Assembly: GCF_009914755.1 (NCBI RefSeq)
Contig: NC_060940.1
Origin: the human T2T-CHM13v2.0 reference genome, Homo sapiens
DNA length: 64,000 nt
Reading direction: 5' to 3' (one strand)
The first letter of the stretch is position 1, and each line of letters starts with the position of its first letter. Position numbers and translations under genes: made by a program. Below, one piece after another: positions 57,858 to 64,000 of the stretch. The notes under the pieces are model-generated. The model saw only the letters and a list, made by a program, of their open reading frames with translations. It made no database searches and was not told the origin of the DNA.

Positions 57858-58311
57858 TGATTTATACATAATTTTATAGGCACATACCTATTTATTGGAT
57901 AAAGTGAAGCATACCTTATTGTGATTCTAACTAACTAGGTAAGCCAAGCCTGGCCTTATTAGAAAGATGTTTACTTCCTACGTTCACAAAAGCTTAAATG
58001 TCTAGCAGATGCCCTCCAAACTGGACTGTAATTTAGTTTATTCGGCATGTCTTAATCACCATAGCTTTTCACAACCCTTTCCCTGGCCTTTTGATTTTGA
58101 CTTTGGGCAGGTCCTATCTGTTTCTGTGATGCAGTGTAATGTCCTTAGGTTTGGGGGCCAGATAGCCCTGGATTTGAATCTCTGCTGTACACTTTGACCT
58201 CTCTGAGCCTTGGTTTTCCTGTCAGTAAAATGGACATGATAATGAAGCCTACCTTGTTTTGTGGCTTCAATGAAACAATGCATCAAGTCTGGCATATAAA
58301 AAAATGTTCCT

Positions 58312-58900
<589 letters not shown>

Positions 58901-59901
58901 GTTCCTATATAGTAGCTGTTGTTATCATTATCTGCAAATAGGCAGACTTATTCCACACAGTTGACAGAAGAGGGAAGCGTGCTGATGAAGCTCTCTAGCA
59001 GATGATAACTTTTGTAATTAGCACACTCTTTGCTTAAGAGAAAATCCAATGTTTGACATTTTTTATTCCATGAAGGTACATTGGCAGTGTGTGTTTTCTG
59101 CCTATGAAAATGTTCGCCTTTCTGTTAAAGTTGAATTTTCCCCAGTACTTTAAAAATATGAAATGGTTTAGGAAAAAAAATTCTATTTCATTTTCAAGGA
59201 ACATAATAATTAGACAAAAGTTCAGCACATTGATATAATTAGAAAGGATTTGGAAGTTGTTCATTTGCTTTTCACTGCTCCCCTAGAGCAAATATTCAAC
59301 ATTTCCCTTGTTTATACTGTTCATTTGCTTAGCAAACTTTCTCAAATAATTAATAATGCCAAGATGATATTTAGCCTCACTTGTCCAAATAATCCCAGAC
59401 TGCAAACAGGTGATGGTTGAATTAGGAAGGTTTTGCTGAGAGTACACCATCGGTTTAGCTGGTCTCTCCTGTCCTTGTGTGGTATTTACCTGGCTTCTTG
59501 GTGATTTGTCTGTTTCTCTTACTACTTAAACCCAGCAAAAAAAATAATAAAATAACAATCAAATGCAATAAAACAAAGCAAGCATTCAGCAGGTGAAATA
59601 AACATACATCCCATAGACTCTTTGTGTCTGTTCTGTTTTCTTCTTGTTCCAATCCTTCTATCTGATTAGTTTCTTTTCTCTCAGATTTTTTCAGAGTTCG
59701 TTCCTCCTGTCACTTTAACTTATAGGAAGTCGGCCCATAATGTTTTGCTTATTTTTCCTTATGAGATTCATTCCATGATTCAACATTTCAGTGCCTTCCG
59801 TGCATTGGAATTCAGAGATGCCAAAATGAGTAAGATTGAATCCAGGTGAAGGCGATATGGGAATTCATTGTACTATTCTTGACATTTTTCTGTGAAGTTG
59901 A

Positions 59902-60486
<585 letters not shown>

Positions 60487-60504
60487 GAAATGAATTCTTT
60501 ATAT

Positions 60505-60820
60505 CAGAGCTTGCACAAGTGGGCTGAAACAGCCCACATGCATGTTTATTTGGCTCATAATGTTTTGTTTTTTAAATTTTTGAATTAGTTGTCAACATTG
60601 AAAAATGAGCAGATTTCTTATAAATACCTGATTGTGGTATTTTCTTGAAAATATCAATAAAGTCTGTTAACACCAAATCAGAATTCTGCATGGCAACAAT
60701 TGTCCCACCACCCGAGTTAAGTGGAGACTTTGCCCTTTAAGAGGGAGGTGGGCCTGTCTAATGACTGGCTTCTCTCATTGTGTCTGTCACTCCTAGGCCT
60801 GTCAGCATTTGTACTTAGAA
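60505..60820 (+). mobile_element. MER103-like hAT-Charlie element
   Basis: cagagcttgcacaa start; aattagttgtcaacatt and gcatggcaacaatt motifs. Confidence 0.7.
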
Positions 60821-60897
60821 TTCTACTTTAGTATTAACTTGTACAGTTGTGAAAACTCCTGTGGACTTCCTTGTATGCCATACTGGACTATACTTAT

Positions 60898-61218
<321 letters not shown>

Positions 61219-61351
61219 TGAAAAAAAGGGAATATATTATCTGCCTTTAGAAACTTCATAGTATGGTGAGAAAGCAGACATAAACAGATGACTACATTTC
61301 AACATGGGAGTCCTTAGAAGATAATATTTGTAGAGGTCTTCCCCTTTCCCA

Positions 61352-61539
61352 AAGCAGTGTGGCCCACTGCCTGCTATTGTAAATAAAGTTTTATTGGAAT
61401 GCAGCAGCACCCTTTCACATACATATAGTCCATGGCTGTTTTCTTGCAGAGTTGAGTAGTTGTAAAAGAGACTTATGTGGCCCACGGGCCAAAAATATTT
61501 ACTATCTGGGCCTGTACAGGAAACGTTTGCTGACTGTTG
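61352..61539 (+). mobile_element. MER58 (hAT-Charlie)
   Basis: tgtaaataaagttttattggaa...gcagagttgagtagttg...aaaatatttactatctgg hallmark. Confidence 0.85.
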
Positions 61540-62123
61540 CCGTGGCAGATCTGATTTGATTCCTGAGACAGCTCAATGGGATACTGTGATTGTGTCTGTT
61601 TTATACCACACACCTAGTAGGTAGCAGAGCCAGGACTCAGTCGAATAAGGTCTACACTTGGTAGTATGTTATGGAAGGCCCATTTCAGCCTTGTTACTGC
61701 CAGTGTGTGGCCAGGTTCTCACACCTGGAGAGTGAGTCTGTGGGGAAGAACTGGCCACTGGGCTGATGGAATAATATACATTTTGAAAGGTACCCGTTTT
61801 GACTACATTCCCAGCTCCCTCAGCATCTGGTCCCATGACTGCTTCTCTCTTTCCAAATGGGAGTAGGCTAATGCAGAGCAATGTGGTTGGTTGCAAGGAA
61901 GAACTTGAAACTGTTTGCAGAGCACTTTATGTAAAAGTAAGAAAGTGTGACTACTGATGTCCCATGGGGCTTTGCAGCTTTAACAATTGCCCTATGGATC
62001 ATATCACCTTGAAGTATAGAATTTCTCTGGGGAATTAGCTCCCCTCCAGTCTCATCTTTTTAGACACTTGCCTACCTGCTCTCACACCCAGAGGTTTTAC
62101 ACTGCGCTGTACAGTGTCTATCA

Positions 62124-63063
<940 letters not shown>

Positions 63064-63635
63064 GGTAATTTCACATAAGAACCTGGACTTCTCAGTCTCT
63101 TGATAAACAGGGTGCTTTGGGCCCTCAGCACTTTCTTGTCACGTAGCTCTGGTCCTCTAGCACTGAACAGTGGCCACCCCCTTGACCTGGGACATGTGCT
63201 GATGACCCCTTCTGGCTGGTGTTACCTGTCATCTGGTGCTCACTTCTTCCATTGATCATATTGGCCTCCTTTGCAGGCATCTGAGATTTCAATGCCAGCC
63301 CGAGACACTTGGGGAGGTTGGCCATCTCTGGAGTACACCGTCTTCTTTCGCACCTCGCTGCCTTGCCTGTGCTGTGTTCCCTGCCAGCTGTGCCCTTCTT
63401 TCAAGTCACTTCCACACTGTAAATTGCAGTGACCAGCACCACCTGCAGAATTAGCTACTCCCCCATGGCAGGACCCCATAGCTAGTCAGGCATTGTGTTG
63501 TATCACAGGGACGAGCTCTATGCTTTTCTCCCTCTTTGAGGGTAGAGACTCACTTCTTTCCTTTGTATGCCCAGCACCTGGCACAAGGACTGGCACAGGC
63601 AGATCCCATGAGTGTTTGCTGGGTTGACACTGTAA

Positions 63636-64000
<365 letters not shown>

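Noticed and set aside
59620-59850. Strong pyrimidine tract plus AG (59684) as KATNIP exon 2
   Set aside because: Downstream sequence does not give the expected KATNIP continuation and candidate donors are weak; cannot be supported without RNA data

Overview
This is primate (very probably human) genomic DNA, not prokaryotic. The minus strand carries the 5' part of GTF3C1 (TFIIIC220/TFIIIC-alpha, the B-box-binding subunit of Pol III factor TFIIIC). I resolved 14 coding exons from the ATG at 52650 down to 395. They splice in phase into 2350 nt (783 codons + 1 nt) of uninterrupted ORF beginning [18 protein letters not shown]; the gene continues beyond the left edge. Intron 13 is a GC-AG intron. 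Head-to-head, 280 bp away across a CpG-island bidirectional promoter, is the 7-nt first coding exon (ATGGACG|GTGAGT) of the ciliary gene KATNIP/KIAA0556 on the plus strand; its intron 1 fills the rest of the window. The remainder is intron dense in Alus, with MIR, L2, L1/HAL1, MaLR/ERVL LTR, MER20/MER58/MER103/Charlie1 and Tigger2 relics. Almost all other ORFs in the track are Alu-derived or antisense noise. I see no evidence for a new multi-gene system. The best second-look items are small-scale: the GC donor with a competing NMD-inducing GT, TSS-dependent upstream ATGs for both genes, a candidate RFX X-box, a templated 52-bp insertion inside a MER20, and repeated re-use of Alu target sites. 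Gene and repeat names come from recalled sequences, not a database search. Repeat boundaries are approximate (about +/-10 bp).
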